Below, in pieces: positions 1 through 13,129 of a stretch of 64,000 nucleotides of DNA (position 1 is its first letter; each line of letters begins with the position of its first letter). The notes below the pieces were generated by a model that did no database searches, had not been told where the DNA came from, and saw only the letters and a program-made list of their open reading frames with translations. A program made the translations under genes and the position numbers. This DNA is from the human T2T-CHM13v2.0 reference genome, Homo sapiens. The stretch lies in the NCBI RefSeq assembly GCF_009914755.1, contig NC_060932.1; one strand, given 5' to 3'.

Positions 1-1126
1 CAGTGGTCAGTGGTCAGGAGAGGGAGAATACCAACAAGAATCACAATTTAAGAAATGACAAGATTTCTAGTCTAAAGATGACACCAAAGAGCTTATGTGG
101 GTTCCCTGACAGAAAATCGGCCTCAAGATAATCTGAAAAGGAGGAGGAGGCAGCTCAAGATCTGTCATCAGATCTTCCTCCCAACACTTTAAATTTTATT
201 CCAGACAAACAAGAACGCCTCTCTCAAACATTTACCATTTGCAGACCCTTTAAAAGACATATGGCACTCATGAAATCCACTGAGTCCAAGTTTTAAAAAG
301 TTATCCCAATCTTAATTATATAACTTAAAGTTTTAATAAAATTACAAAAAAAAAAAAAAAACCCCACAAAAAACTGCTGTGTGCCAATGACAGGGACAAA
401 GATGATTTGTACCTCTCCCCAGGGTTTCAATACACAGCCAGGAGGCAATGGCTTGCACTATAGGTTCCATGTCTAGGAAGCTTATTTTCTCAATTTTTAC
501 TAAATTAGAAGCTCTTTACTCAGACTTTTAAAACATCAGCAAAAGCAGCAAGCATTTGGTCACTGCCGGAGGATCCTAGATATATAAACAAAATAGAGAC
601 TCCAAAATTAAGACTCCACCCTAAATGTCTAAGAAACACACTATATCTAAAAATTAATATTTCAATTACGGGGATTTGATTCCGATCCTTTAAAGCTCTG
701 GAAGCTATTCATATCATACTGTGGTATTTAGATGCGGTTTTCAAAAATATGCCCAGTAATCTCATCAATTTCTTCCTCTAATAAAATTATCAAGGTTTAG
801 TAAAGAAAAAACATCTTACTAACTCCAGTATGATAACCTAAATGTTAAAAAACTGTGATATTTTTGCTCAGAAATAATGCTGTCAAGCTACCCAGGAAAC
901 TATATGTTTAGCAAAGCATGTCACTTTGGCAAATTATTTATAAAAATAGAAATGGCTTTATTGGCATTAACTGTGTCATAAATAAGGGGTAAAAATGTAA
1001 TCTCGTCTCTAACTTCGAAGATTCATGCAAGCATCTTTCTCCTCACAGGCAGTATGGAAAAGCAGGGTCAGACTTAAGCTCATGCCACACGTTTTTCATT
1101 CAGCACACTGTAAAGAGGAATACTTG

Positions 1127-1430
<304 letters not shown>

Positions 1431-1520
1431 GATGAACACTTAAAGGTGGAAATTTTAAATTTATTATTTTGACTACTTCCTTCCACAATGAATTAAGATT
1501 AGAAAGTATAATACATTATT

Positions 1521-2225
1521 TCATAAAGCCCAAGACTCTGCTGAGTAGAAGAAGGAAAGAGAGCTGGCAATTTTAATTCTAAGACATCATATATTAACAG
1601 ATGCATCCCAATTTCATAGAGTTCAGGTGCAAAAAAAGAGGCCTGGGGGTGGAGGTGGGGGGGGGGTGGGGGGGAAGGGATTCTAAAGCAGATAAAGCTG
1701 TTCCCAGCAAACGAAGTAGTGGATGGGGAGGCACTGTGGTAGCAATATCCTCTTCTTGAAGCACAGCTGCATTCTATCATACGCATTCTATCCATCCCAC
1801 TTTTTCCAGTCTATGTCATAACTCAACACAATTGTTAAATAGAAAGTCTCTTCCCTTGAATCAGGGATTTTCCATTACAAACGAAAAAAGAAAACACCTA
1901 GTACCTCTCCATACAAGAACACATATGTTCAGAATGAATACTCCTGAGCAGATCAACTACGAGCCTGAATATCTAGTAATGTGCACAATTAAAATAAGTG
2001 CTTTTGTGTATTGTATGTGACTGATATTGACCAGTATTATCCAACAGTCATTTTGTAAAGGAAATATAATTACTATACTTTCTCTCCAAATAATATTTGT
2101 CAGTAACTCATAAAGCCCAAGACTCTACTGAGTAGAAGAGGGAAAGAGAGCTGGCAATTTTAATTCTAAGACATCATAGATTAACAGATGCATCCCAATT
2201 TCATAGAGTTCAGGTGCAAAAAAAG
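1521..2225. repeat. 118-bp direct repeat, copies at 1521-1638 and 2108-2225
   Basis: tcataaagcccaagactct...gttcaggtgcaaaaaaag occurs twice with 3 substitutions; 469-bp unique spacer. Confidence 0.95.
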
Positions 2226-2684
2226 TTGTTTTTTTTTAGATGTTTTTACAAGGTTCTCTGCTACTACAGTGAGACTTCTGCTTTTTTGTGTTAAACAAAG
2301 TGCTACTTTGAACAATGCTCCTGTAGTTGGAACTCTTGTCCATCTTTAAAGACAAGATTCATTATTTTTGGAAATAAGCCTTTGGAAAATATAAAATATC
2401 TCATTTCACATCTATCCTCAAAAACTTTATTGATTTATAAAAAAATCTCTTTGTATTTTTAAATCACATATGTCCTGATGGCACTGTGCTACCACTTGAT
2501 AAAGTCATAAATACACAAAGATTCTTGGAACTAGGAGCGAATGACTCAAGCAACCAATAAAACCTATTTCAGACATATGTCACTGAAATTCCTATTTACA
2601 CTCTTGTTTTTCAACTGCCTGTGTAAATCATCAAACTCCTAGATTCTTATTCCCAGTATATACAGATCCACATTCCATTTTAAC

Positions 2685-2924
2685 CAGAATTTCCCATCCT
2701 GGCCACTAATGATGACATTTTGGGTAGGCTAATTTTTTGTTGTGGAGGACTATCCTGTGCATTGTAAGATGTTTCATTCACAGTGCCCCGGCCTCTATCC
2801 TCTATATGCCAGTAATGAGCGCACACACACCTCTTCCCAAGTTGTGGCAACCAAAAGTGTCTCCAAACACCTCCTGATGTCCTCTGGGGAGTAATCCCCA
2901 ATACCCCTCCAGCCCTGAACACTG
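2685..2924 (-). mobile_element. MER20-like hAT-Charlie DNA transposon
   Basis: gacattttggg...aattttttgttgtggaggactatcctgtgcattgtaagatg and ccaaaagtgtctccaaaca motifs; CAG...CTG termini. Confidence 0.8.
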
Positions 2925-3599
2925 ATTTAAGCACTGGAATTCTGTTTAAATGTCAAATTTATTTTAGTCAAATAAAACAGTGCTATGTTACTATTTTTAT
3001 GATTGGATAATCTACTGCTGATCCACTTTTGAGAGGGGATTATAACACAAGGAGAATGAAGCATCTGAATGCAACAAATATGTAATTGATGTAAAAATGT
3101 TAACCAAAACAAACTACCCTATTAATTGAATATTATCTGACACATGGTAACCAACTTACTATCCTTTATGGTACATATACAACCTTTAAAAAGTTAATAA
3201 TTACTAAGAACATAAAAAAGCATTCTAGAAAACACATAACCAATCTTACATTTCAATGTGTAAAACGTATATGAATAAGATTGTTTCAATGCCTTATCCT
3301 CCAAAAACATCAAAATATGAGGATCTTTTAGAAAGTAAAGGCCAAGTTAAAAAAAATTAGCTGCTATTTTAAGTAATAAGTATTTAAGCTAATTCACTAC
3401 CATCGAAATGTGATATAGGCCCCAGAACATGCAGGAACCTTTAAAAGGTTAGATTAAACTAACAACAGATACATACGCAATTAAGATCTTGAAGTTGGTT
3501 GTCAACTGCAGCAATTAGGACTTCTCATAAAACTTGTCTCTTGTTACAATACTATTTACTAATACTAATGAGAGAAAGAATACAAAGTGGGGAAGAACA

Positions 3600-3978
3600 C
3601 GTAGTAGTCTGTTTTTATACTGCTATAAAGAACTGCCTGAGACTAGGTTGTGTAATCTAGAAAGGACTTTTAATTGACTCACAGTTCAGCATGGCTGGGG
3701 AGCCCTCAGGAAACTTACAATCATGGAGGAAGGCAAAGGCGAAGCAAGACAACTTCTTCACAAGATGGCAGGATGAAGTGCTGAGCAAAGGGGGGAAGAG
3801 CCTCTTATAAAACCATCAGATCTCCTGAGAACTCACTAACTCTCATGAGAACAGCATGGGGGAAACCGCCCCCCATGATTCAATTACCTCCACCTGGTCT
3901 CTCCCTTGACAAGTGGGGATTATGGGGATTACAATTCAAGATGAGATCTGGATGGGGTCACAAAGCCTAACCATATCA
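3600..3978 (-). mobile_element. Solo MaLR LTR (THE1C/D or MSTA-like)
   Basis: gactcacagttcagcatggctgggg...catgagaacagcatgggggaaaccgccccc...ccatatca; approximate 5-bp TSD gaaca/gacca. Confidence 0.9.
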
Positions 3979-5325
3979 GACCACAAGCCTGAATTAGTAT
4001 GACAGTATTACTAATGTAAATGGCAAGGAAGAGAAAGGTTAAACATACGATGTTCATCCTTCAGTCTTGGCTTAGAAGCCCCTTCTTTCTAGAAACGTAC
4101 TTAGTTCCCCAAAATTCAGGTTCAGTTTCTTCACTTGGTGCACTATATTTCTGCTTTCATAAGATTAGCCCTAAATTATGCTATAATTGTCTTGTTTTGT
4201 CTACATTTTCCAAATAAGCCACTGTGTCCCCAGCACCATGCAGATGATTGGCACCAGTGGGTGCTTTACTAAGTCCTTGCTTTAAAATAAAAAAAAAAAA
4301 TTCATATGAATACTGTGATAGCTCTCCTTATGGTATGTAAAAGAAATAACATACACAAATTTATCCAGCATAATTAAGAATATCAAGGAAAGGGGAGAAA
4401 TTCCTGATAGCAATCTAAAACACTGTAAAGACTCCAAATTTTTACAAATCTCAATGAGCTCTGTGTATGACGGTCTCTATATTTAGAAGGGGTGAACTGA
4501 AATTATATAGCTAATTTTACTTACGTCTTTTGCAGAAAAATACTCTGTGCAAAAATAAAGATAATATGTTAGATGATGTTTAAATCCAGAATTTTACTCC
4601 ACTGGGCTTATCCAAATAAGCAGCTTACAAATCAACGTACTTTGCAATCAAATACATTTTCAACTAAAACATGTAATTTTCACCTGAAAAATGTGCAATT
4701 GAAAAAAAACTGTTCGATGATGGTTAAGATGTGTTTTAACCATAGAGGGGCATATGTTCTAATGTGGCTGGATCCCCATTTTTACATGTCCTAATGTCCC
4801 CCATGATTTAGCATTTACTTGGGAGTAAGGCATTCCAGTTTGTATGGTGAATTATATGGTCACAGTTAAATGCCATTCTCATATACTGAGAGCAACAACG
4901 TTGAAGAAAAAATGCTGGCACTAACAATAATAGCTTCCATTTACTGAGCACCTATTACACTTCAATCAATAAACCTGACAGTTTCCATACTGCACGTAAG
5001 GTAGGTACATTTTTCCAATCGTCACATGTGTAACTTGCCCATATAATAATAAGTGACAACTACAGCTCAAGGCTAGACTTTCTCAGTTACCAAGCTCATG
5101 TTCCTTTCAATATACCATAAAATGTTTATGTCCTGTGATTCTTTGATTCTGTTGATAGAAATCTAGAATAAGGTTACAATTCTAATTTGAAAGAAAAAAT
5201 ATTTGTTTTTAAATGGTTACCAAAAACTATGTATACTAATAAAAAAATCAGAAATTACCTAACAGGTCTGATGACAGGAAATGTTAAGTTAAATGTAATA
5301 TATTCATGCTTTCAAGAGTTTACAG

Positions 5326-7477
5326 CCCTCTCCCCCTTCCCACGGTCTCCTTCCACGGTCTCCCTCTGATGCCGAGCCAAAGCTGGACGGTACTGCTGCC
5401 ATCTCGGCTCACTGCAACCTCCCTGCCTGATTCTCCTGCCTCAGCCTGCCGAGTGCCTGCGATTGCAGGCGCGCGCCGCCACGCCTGACTGGTTTTCGGT
5501 TTTTTTTTTTGGTGGAGACGGGGTTTTGCTGTGTTGGCCGGGCTGGTCTCCAGCTCCTAACTGCGAGTGATCCGCCAGCCTCGGCCTCCCGAGGTGCCGG
5601 GATTGCAGACGGAGTCTCGTTCACTCAGTGCTCAATGGTGCCCAGGCTGGAGTGCAGTGGCGTGATCTTGGCTCGCTACAACCTCCACCTCCCAGCCGCC
5701 TGCCTTGGCCCCCCAAAGTGCCGAGATTGCAGCCTCTGCCCAGCCGCCACCCCGTCTGGGAAGTGAGGAGCGTCTCTGCCTGGCCCCCCATCGTCTGGGA
5801 TATGAGGAGCCTCTCTGCCTGGCTGCCCAGTCTGGAAAGTGAGGAGCGTCTCTGCCCGGCCGCCATCCCATCTAGGAAGCGAGGAGCGCCTCTTCCCAGC
5901 CGCCATCCCATCTAGGAAGTGAGGAGCGTCTCTGCCCGGCCGCCCATCGTCTGAGATGTGGGGAGCACCTCTGCCCCGCCGCCCTGTCTGGGATGTGAGG
6001 AGCGCCTCTGCTGGGCCGCAACCCTGTCTGGGAGGTGAGGAGCGTCTCTGCTCGGCCGCCCCGTCTGAGAAGTGAGGAAACCCTCTGCCTGGCAACCGCC
6101 CCGTCTGAGAAGTGAGGAGCCCCTCCGTCCGGCAGCCACCCCGTCTGGGAAGTGAGGAGCGTCTCCGCCCGGCAGCCACCCCGACCGGGAGGGAGGTGGG
6201 GGGGGGTCAGCCCCCCGCCCGGCCAGCCGCCCCGTCCGGGAGGGAGGTGGGGGGATCAGCCCCCCGCCTGGCCAGCCGCCCCGTCCGGGAGGTGAGGGGC
6301 GCCTCTGCCCGGCCGCCCCTACTGGGAAGTGAGGAGCCCCTCTGCCCGGCCAGCCGCCCCGTCCGGGAGGGAGGTGGGGGGGTCAGCCCCCCGCCCGGCC
6401 AGCCGCCCCATCCGGGAGGGAGGTGGGGGGGTCAGCCCTCCGCCCGGCCAGCCGCCCCGTCCGGGAGGGAGGTGGGGGGGGGGTCAGCCCCCGCCCGGCC
6501 AGCCGCCCCGTCCGGGAGGGAGGTGGGGGGATCAGCCCCCCGCCTGGCCAGCCGCCCCGTCCGGGAGGTGAGGGGCGCCTCTGCCCGGCCGCCCCTACTG
6601 GGAAGTGAGGAGCCCCTCTGCCCGGCCAGCCGCCCCGTCCGGGAGGGAGGCGGGGGGGGGGGGGGTCGGCCAGCCGCCCTGTCCGGGAGGGAGGTGGGGG
6701 GATCAGCCCCCCGCCTGGCCAGCCGCCCCGTCCGGGAGGTGAGGGGCGCCTCTGCCCGGCCGCCCCTACTGGGAAGTGAGGACCCCTCTGCCTGGCCAGC
6801 CGCCCCTTCCGGGAGGGTGGGGGGGGGGGGGGGTCAGCCCCCCACCCGGCCAGCCGCCCCATCCGGGAGGTGAGGGGCGCTTCTGCCCGGCCGCCCCTAC
6901 TGGGAAGTGAGGAGCCCCTCTGCCCGGCCACGACCCCGTCTGGGAGGTGTGCCCAGCGGCTCATTGGGGATGGGCCATGATGACAATGGCGGTTTTGTGG
7001 AATAGAAAGGCGGGAAGAGTGGGGAAAAAATTGAGAAATCGGATGGTTGCCGGGTCTGTGTGGATAGAAGTAGACATGGGAGACTTTTCATTTTGTTCTG
7101 TACTAAGAAAAATTCTTCTGCCTTGGGATCCTGTTGATCTGTGACCTTATCCCCAACCCTGTGCTCTCTGAAACATGTGCTGTGTCCACTCAGGGTTAAA
7201 TGGATTAAGGGCGGTGCAAGATGTGCTTTGTTAAACAGATGCTTGAAGGCAGCATGCTCGTTAAGAGTCATCACCACTCCCTAATCTTAAGTACCCAGGG
7301 ACACAAACACTGCGGAAGGCCGCAGGGTCCTCTGCCTAGGAAAACCAGAGACCTTTGTTCACTTGTTTATCTACTGACCTTCCCTCCACTATTGTCCTAT
7401 GACCCTGCCAAATCCCCCTCTGCGAGAAACACCCAAGAATGATCAATAAAAAAAAATAATAATAAATAAAAAAAAAA
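5326..7477 (+). mobile_element. SVA retrotransposon, young subfamily (D-F group, possibly SVA_E), antisense to EIF3H
   Basis: Vestigial CCCTCT head, antisense Alu-like domain (~5370-5730), GC-rich VNTR (~5730-6950), SINE-R (~6950-7445) ending AAGAATGATCAATAAA plus poly(A); left TSD aagagtttacag at 5314-5325. Confidence 0.97.
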
Positions 7478-7604
7478 GAAAGTTAGCAAAATGTCAAAGA
7501 TCATGAAATTTCATGTTTATTGCGCATGTCTGGGTGCTCTGTTGATGGGCTGACAATATTGGGATGAGTAATAAAGATGTGGAATTTATAAATTAAAAAA
7601 AAAA
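7478..7604 (+). mobile_element. 3'-transduced sequence carried by the SVA, with its own AATAAA and poly(A)
   Basis: Unique ~117 bp after the first poly(A), AATAAA at 7570-7575, second A-tract at 7595-7604, then right TSD aagagtttacag at 7605-7616. Confidence 0.9.
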
Positions 7605-7652
7605 AAGAGTTTACAGTACAGCTTAAATAATGATCGTGATGAGGATTATTCA

Positions 7653-7990
<338 letters not shown>

Positions 7991-8006
7991 GGTACAAACA
8001 CTCTAT

Positions 8007-8335
<329 letters not shown>

Positions 8336-9832
8336 TTAGAAAGAATTATACCAACCTAATAACTACTGTGTTAAAGATGACACAAGATAAACAATTCTTT
8401 TCTAAATTCTGTAAAATACTGTTCTGATAATTTTATTATTCAAAAACTTACCAAGGGCTAAAAGTTCACAGAGAGTACATTCTGTTCTCTAATTCATAAC
8501 AAAATTCACATGCTCACAAAAGTGATAGTTAAGTTTAAAGATATAGATAAGATAGGGAGAGAAAAAGCAAATGAGAGATGCAAGAATTTAAGGAGTTCAG
8601 TAACGGAAGTATTTCAAGAGGTAAACCAGATGTTCCTATGGAACTGCATCATAGAATCCAGGAGACAGAAAATCATAATGTCAATAGCTGTACTCAGATC
8701 AAAGAGCATAAAAGCAGCGTCCATCCACTACAGAAATGTCCTTTATACTCAAAGGATCAGGCCACTCTATGCTCTCAGCAAAACCCAGAATTAAAATCAG
8801 TTGAAGGCTGTTGATTAAGAAAGTACTAGAAAGATGAGAAGATTGCTTCCTCAAACTTTTCACTGGTAAATGGAAGCTTGGCAATCGGGGCAATACATAG
8901 AGGTCAAAAGCATAATTTAAGTCAATAAAGTCTCAATTGAAGCTTTAAAAAGTTACTAACAGTGATTGGTATAGATCCATTTTACTTGCTTTTGCTGCCA
9001 CCATCATGCCTTCCTTTCCAAGCATCTCTCTCTTGCTTTACTTTTACACAGGCAATGTTGTAGACAATGTTGTAGGCACTCCCTCCAAAAACCTCTCAAA
9101 ACCAGATGAAAAACTCCTTAAGATATTCCTGTCTCCAGAGGCAGCACAGTTCAAATGCCGTCACAAAACACTTCCTAGGTCTATATCACCTTTCAAGAGG
9201 ATAAAAGATGAATACTCTGGTTAAATTACTCACAATAGGTAAAAAGTAAAAATTATTCCAAGCAATCTGTACCTATTAAATTTACCTTCCCTCCAAAATT
9301 AAAATGGAATTAAGGTTATACAGAGTAGTATGTAGCTACTTAAGCTGAGAATGTTTGGTTTATTGAGGGGTAAAAGTCTTACTTTCCAATTGCCTGTTAC
9401 TTCTATTCAACAACCTAATCAAGAGAATATATAAAATGAAATGCTGTAACATGTGGTTTGCTACGGTTGTGACCCATGAACTTTTCCATAGAGAACTATG
9501 CTTAGATGATAATCATCTGACACTGAATTATGACTACTACATTAAGTGCCTGTCCAGAGAAGATCAATTAAATTTCCATGAATGTTAAAGGTCAAAACAT
9601 CTCAGGCTACCTACCACCTACTAAACAATAACATTTTACAGATGGCATCATAAAACAAAAATTTCAATAGACATCCCTTCTATCAGGAATAAAGGCAGAT
9701 AAAGCTATACCCCACACATTAAGCAGAATGCCTTTTCATTATTTCATGTTCTATGTAATGAATTTATCTCCTTAGTATAGATAGAGATCAGGCTGCTTCA
9801 TACATATTTGCTCCAATTTTCAATTTCACTTG

Positions 9833-10201
9833 TGTATTGCTCTGCTCTGGCTGCCATTACAAAACAACATAGACAAGGTGGCTTAAATAACAGGATTGTA
9901 TTTTCTTACAATTTCTAGAGGCTGGGAAGTCTAAGATCAAAGCTGCCAGCCAATTATACTCCTTGTAAGAGACCCTTCCTGGCTTGCAGATGGCCGGCCA
10001 TTTTCTCACTGTGTCCTCAGGTGGCAGAAGGAAGAGTCACACTCTCTTGTGCCTCTTCTTATAAGGACATGAGCCCTGCTCTCATTACCTCATCTAACCC
10101 TAAGTACCTCCCCAAAGGCCCACCTCCAGCTATCATCACACTGAGGGTTAGAAATTTGACGTAAGAATTTTAGAGGAATGTTAGACATTCAGCCCTTAAC
10201 A
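9833..10201 (-). mobile_element. MLT1-type MaLR solo LTR
   Basis: ggctgccattacaaaac...ggtggcttaaataacag...ggcttgcagatggc...ctcttcttataaggac motifs. Confidence 0.8.
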
Positions 10202-13129
10202 ACTCTTATTTAACTTTCTCAATTTGGTGATGGTACGTGTGCATGGGGATGGATGACATAAATTAAAAGTTTTTATTTAAACCGTAAATTTTGTAATAAG
10301 AAATGGTTGATATCAATATTCACAAAAAAGACTATATAAGAAAATAATACCAAAGTTGGGTAAAGCAAAAAACAATCTCTGGTTACGAAGATGCTATTTT
10401 ATAAATGCTAAAGGTCACATTAATACTTGGTGATTTATATAATCCAGGCAGGTTACATATGTTGAATTCTTTCTAATTCTAGCTATCCTTATTTTTTTCT
10501 GAAGCCACGGGCATGATTAATAGTAGCCCATATTTATTCACAGTTTACTACACAGTAGCCACTTAGCATGTATTCATGTTAATCTTCCCAACAGTTCAAC
10601 AATAAGACTACTGTTTCTGCCCCCATTTGACAGGTGAGGAAGTCTAAGCACTGTCCCCTGCAGTAGTACAACTTTAAAATACAGAGTTTAGAAAAGAGAA
10701 AAATAAGATATGTCACTAATAATTCCATTTCTGCAAAAAGAACTAGTCAAAAATCTGTAGCCTTTCATTGGACTATTAATAAAAGGAGCCTGTCTTTGTT
10801 CTATGTTTTAATCTCAAAGAGATGCTCTTATACAACCACTGGAGAGGGCCAAGATGAAACTGGGCAGAAAGGATCAAGTTCTTCCCAGATGGAAGTCCTG
10901 CAGATGTGAGGGCTTTTTCCAAAGTATTTGATTGAAAGTAGAAAAAACAGAGAGTGAATTTTCTAAAATATATCCACTGTAAAACTGTTCTTTATGGATC
11001 CCCCCTAAAGTGAAGATCTAGAATGAACACAGTTTTAAAGCAGTTTCCAAAAGACACGGTGATTCTTCCCTTTCTTCAATTAATATAAACTTTAAAATTA
11101 CCTTGCAGCTATTCTATTCCTATTATTCCAAAGAAACAAGATGATGCATTTCTCCTTAACTACTACTGCTATTTTTTTTTTAAAGCAACAGTCCTTAATG
11201 TTACATAAAACTGCTAGACAATTATTGATGGGAAGGAAAAACACAGAAATCTGGAATATCATGAAATCTTTTCCAGACTCAGAATTATGACCAGGGCTAA
11301 AATTCAAAGATTGAAGGAAATAGATAAGAAAATAATTCTTTTGAACTGTACACATACACTACAGGAAATATGCATAGCATCAAAACAACACAGCATTTTA
11401 CAGTGTTTATAAATCAACATCCTGCAGATGTTATCATTAGGAATATCCACAATTTGTTCAATTATAAAATGTTTTAAATTGTCATATTAACAAGAAACTC
11501 ATATCTGCTTCAAATGCTTTTTTGGAAGGAGTATGTAAATCATAAATATTTGCTGTACAGTCAAGAAAGAATACTAATTTACTATTTATTCGTAAGGGAT
11601 ACTTCTTAAAAGGTATTTTTCCCCAATGTTTTCATACAGAGTATAGATGCAATATGAATCAGAAAAATATTTATAAAATGTAGCTGTAGCACAACTTATT
11701 TGATATTGATATTATGCAAATCACTCCGTCTTTAGGTTATACAAGACTGTGTGTTCTCCCTCTCTTATGTGTGTAAAACAAACTTCAAATTCTGATTTCT
11801 TATGATGTTTGATGTAAGAAACTAACCAGGAGGATACCCTACAGAGAAACAGAACATCTGGTGAAACGTGTAACATGCCTCAGGATTATGTCTGCTACTA
11901 AGGTTAGTGTGCAATGTGAGAGCTGCAATCTCCGTGTTAAACAGTAAAAGCATAACAAAGAACTAGGTAGCAAGAAGCCTGTTCTTCAGCCACAGAATAC
12001 TTTCTTCTCAGCAATGTGTTAACACTGAGCCTCACACAGTATTTGGAGAAACAGTTTTATAATAAGTATACTTCGGTTCAGAACACGTAGCTGTTCAATA
12101 GACTGCTTCTCCCATATGACTGCTGATTACATCCCTTCCCCAAATATACTAACCTAGGCATTCATCAAGACAGGATGTATGCTGTTGCTTGTCTGTGATT
12201 CATCAATCTATTCTGCTTTTATTTTTCAACCCACCAGTAAAAGAATTTGGAGCAGAAGAAATAGGAAAGAAAAACTGAGCAAGTCCAGGTGACCAGGAGA
12301 GATGGCATTATTAACTCAAAAGGCACACAATGCTCAGCAGCCTTGCTCCTCCATTTGTTTTTAACTTTCAATTTTCGACCATAAACAGCAACAACCAAAT
12401 TCTACGCTTACTTCAGTATAAATTGCCTTACATTTGTGACATTTTTAAAAGCCCCTACTGTGTCATGAAAGGTTCCCAAACAAGGAAAGATCTGCACAGC
12501 AGGAGAAGAACCTACTTGGATTTTCTGACAGCTGTGAAGGATCAGTCTCCTACAGTAACAGAAATCAACGGCAAACTGAAAAGTGTTTAGAAATAAAATG
12601 TTTCCATCACCTCACACTATCAGCTACTTCCATTAGTACCCATGAAAAAGACACTGGATTTTACCCAGCATTTTAATACAATAAACTTTACTGACAGTAG
12701 AAAAGAGAATACAATTACAAACTAATCCTATTATTAAACATAGGAAGTCATCAATGAAGAGAAAGAATACTTCTATCCCTTCCCTACTGGACTATACTAA
12801 TCACAAAAGCCTTACACAACAGTTTACAAACGCTACTCATGAAGCTTATTTTGGGCTCTATATTCTGAATCAAAACATTATTACTTCAAATATAAAAGCA
12901 TCTCATCAGGAGTTGATTTTACATCAAGTTCAAAGTCAATGATAAGCTCCATGGAATGAGTTTTGTGTGTCTGTGGATATCCTGACTACCTACTTATCAG
13001 AAAGAATAATACAATCTACAAACCCTGGAGACCAAACGTGCTCGAGTCATCCATATTACAATAAAAATAAAAAGGTTGTGGAAAGATAGTCATCAGTCAT
13101 TACAGAGTCAGTCCCAACTCCAGTTCTTG

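Noticed and set aside
5730-6950. Array of 35-50-bp repeats that superficially resembles a CRISPR array
   Set aside because: It is the SVA VNTR: no unique spacers, and the context is eukaryotic.
5306-7442. Many long overlapping ORFs (up to 253 aa)
   Set aside because: They are stop-poor translations of the GC-rich SVA VNTR, Alu-like and SINE-R regions, not genes.
8510-8893. Three overlapping 64-94-aa ORFs in apparently unique DNA
   Set aside because: No recognisable homology or splice structure; likely chance or a very old repeat.
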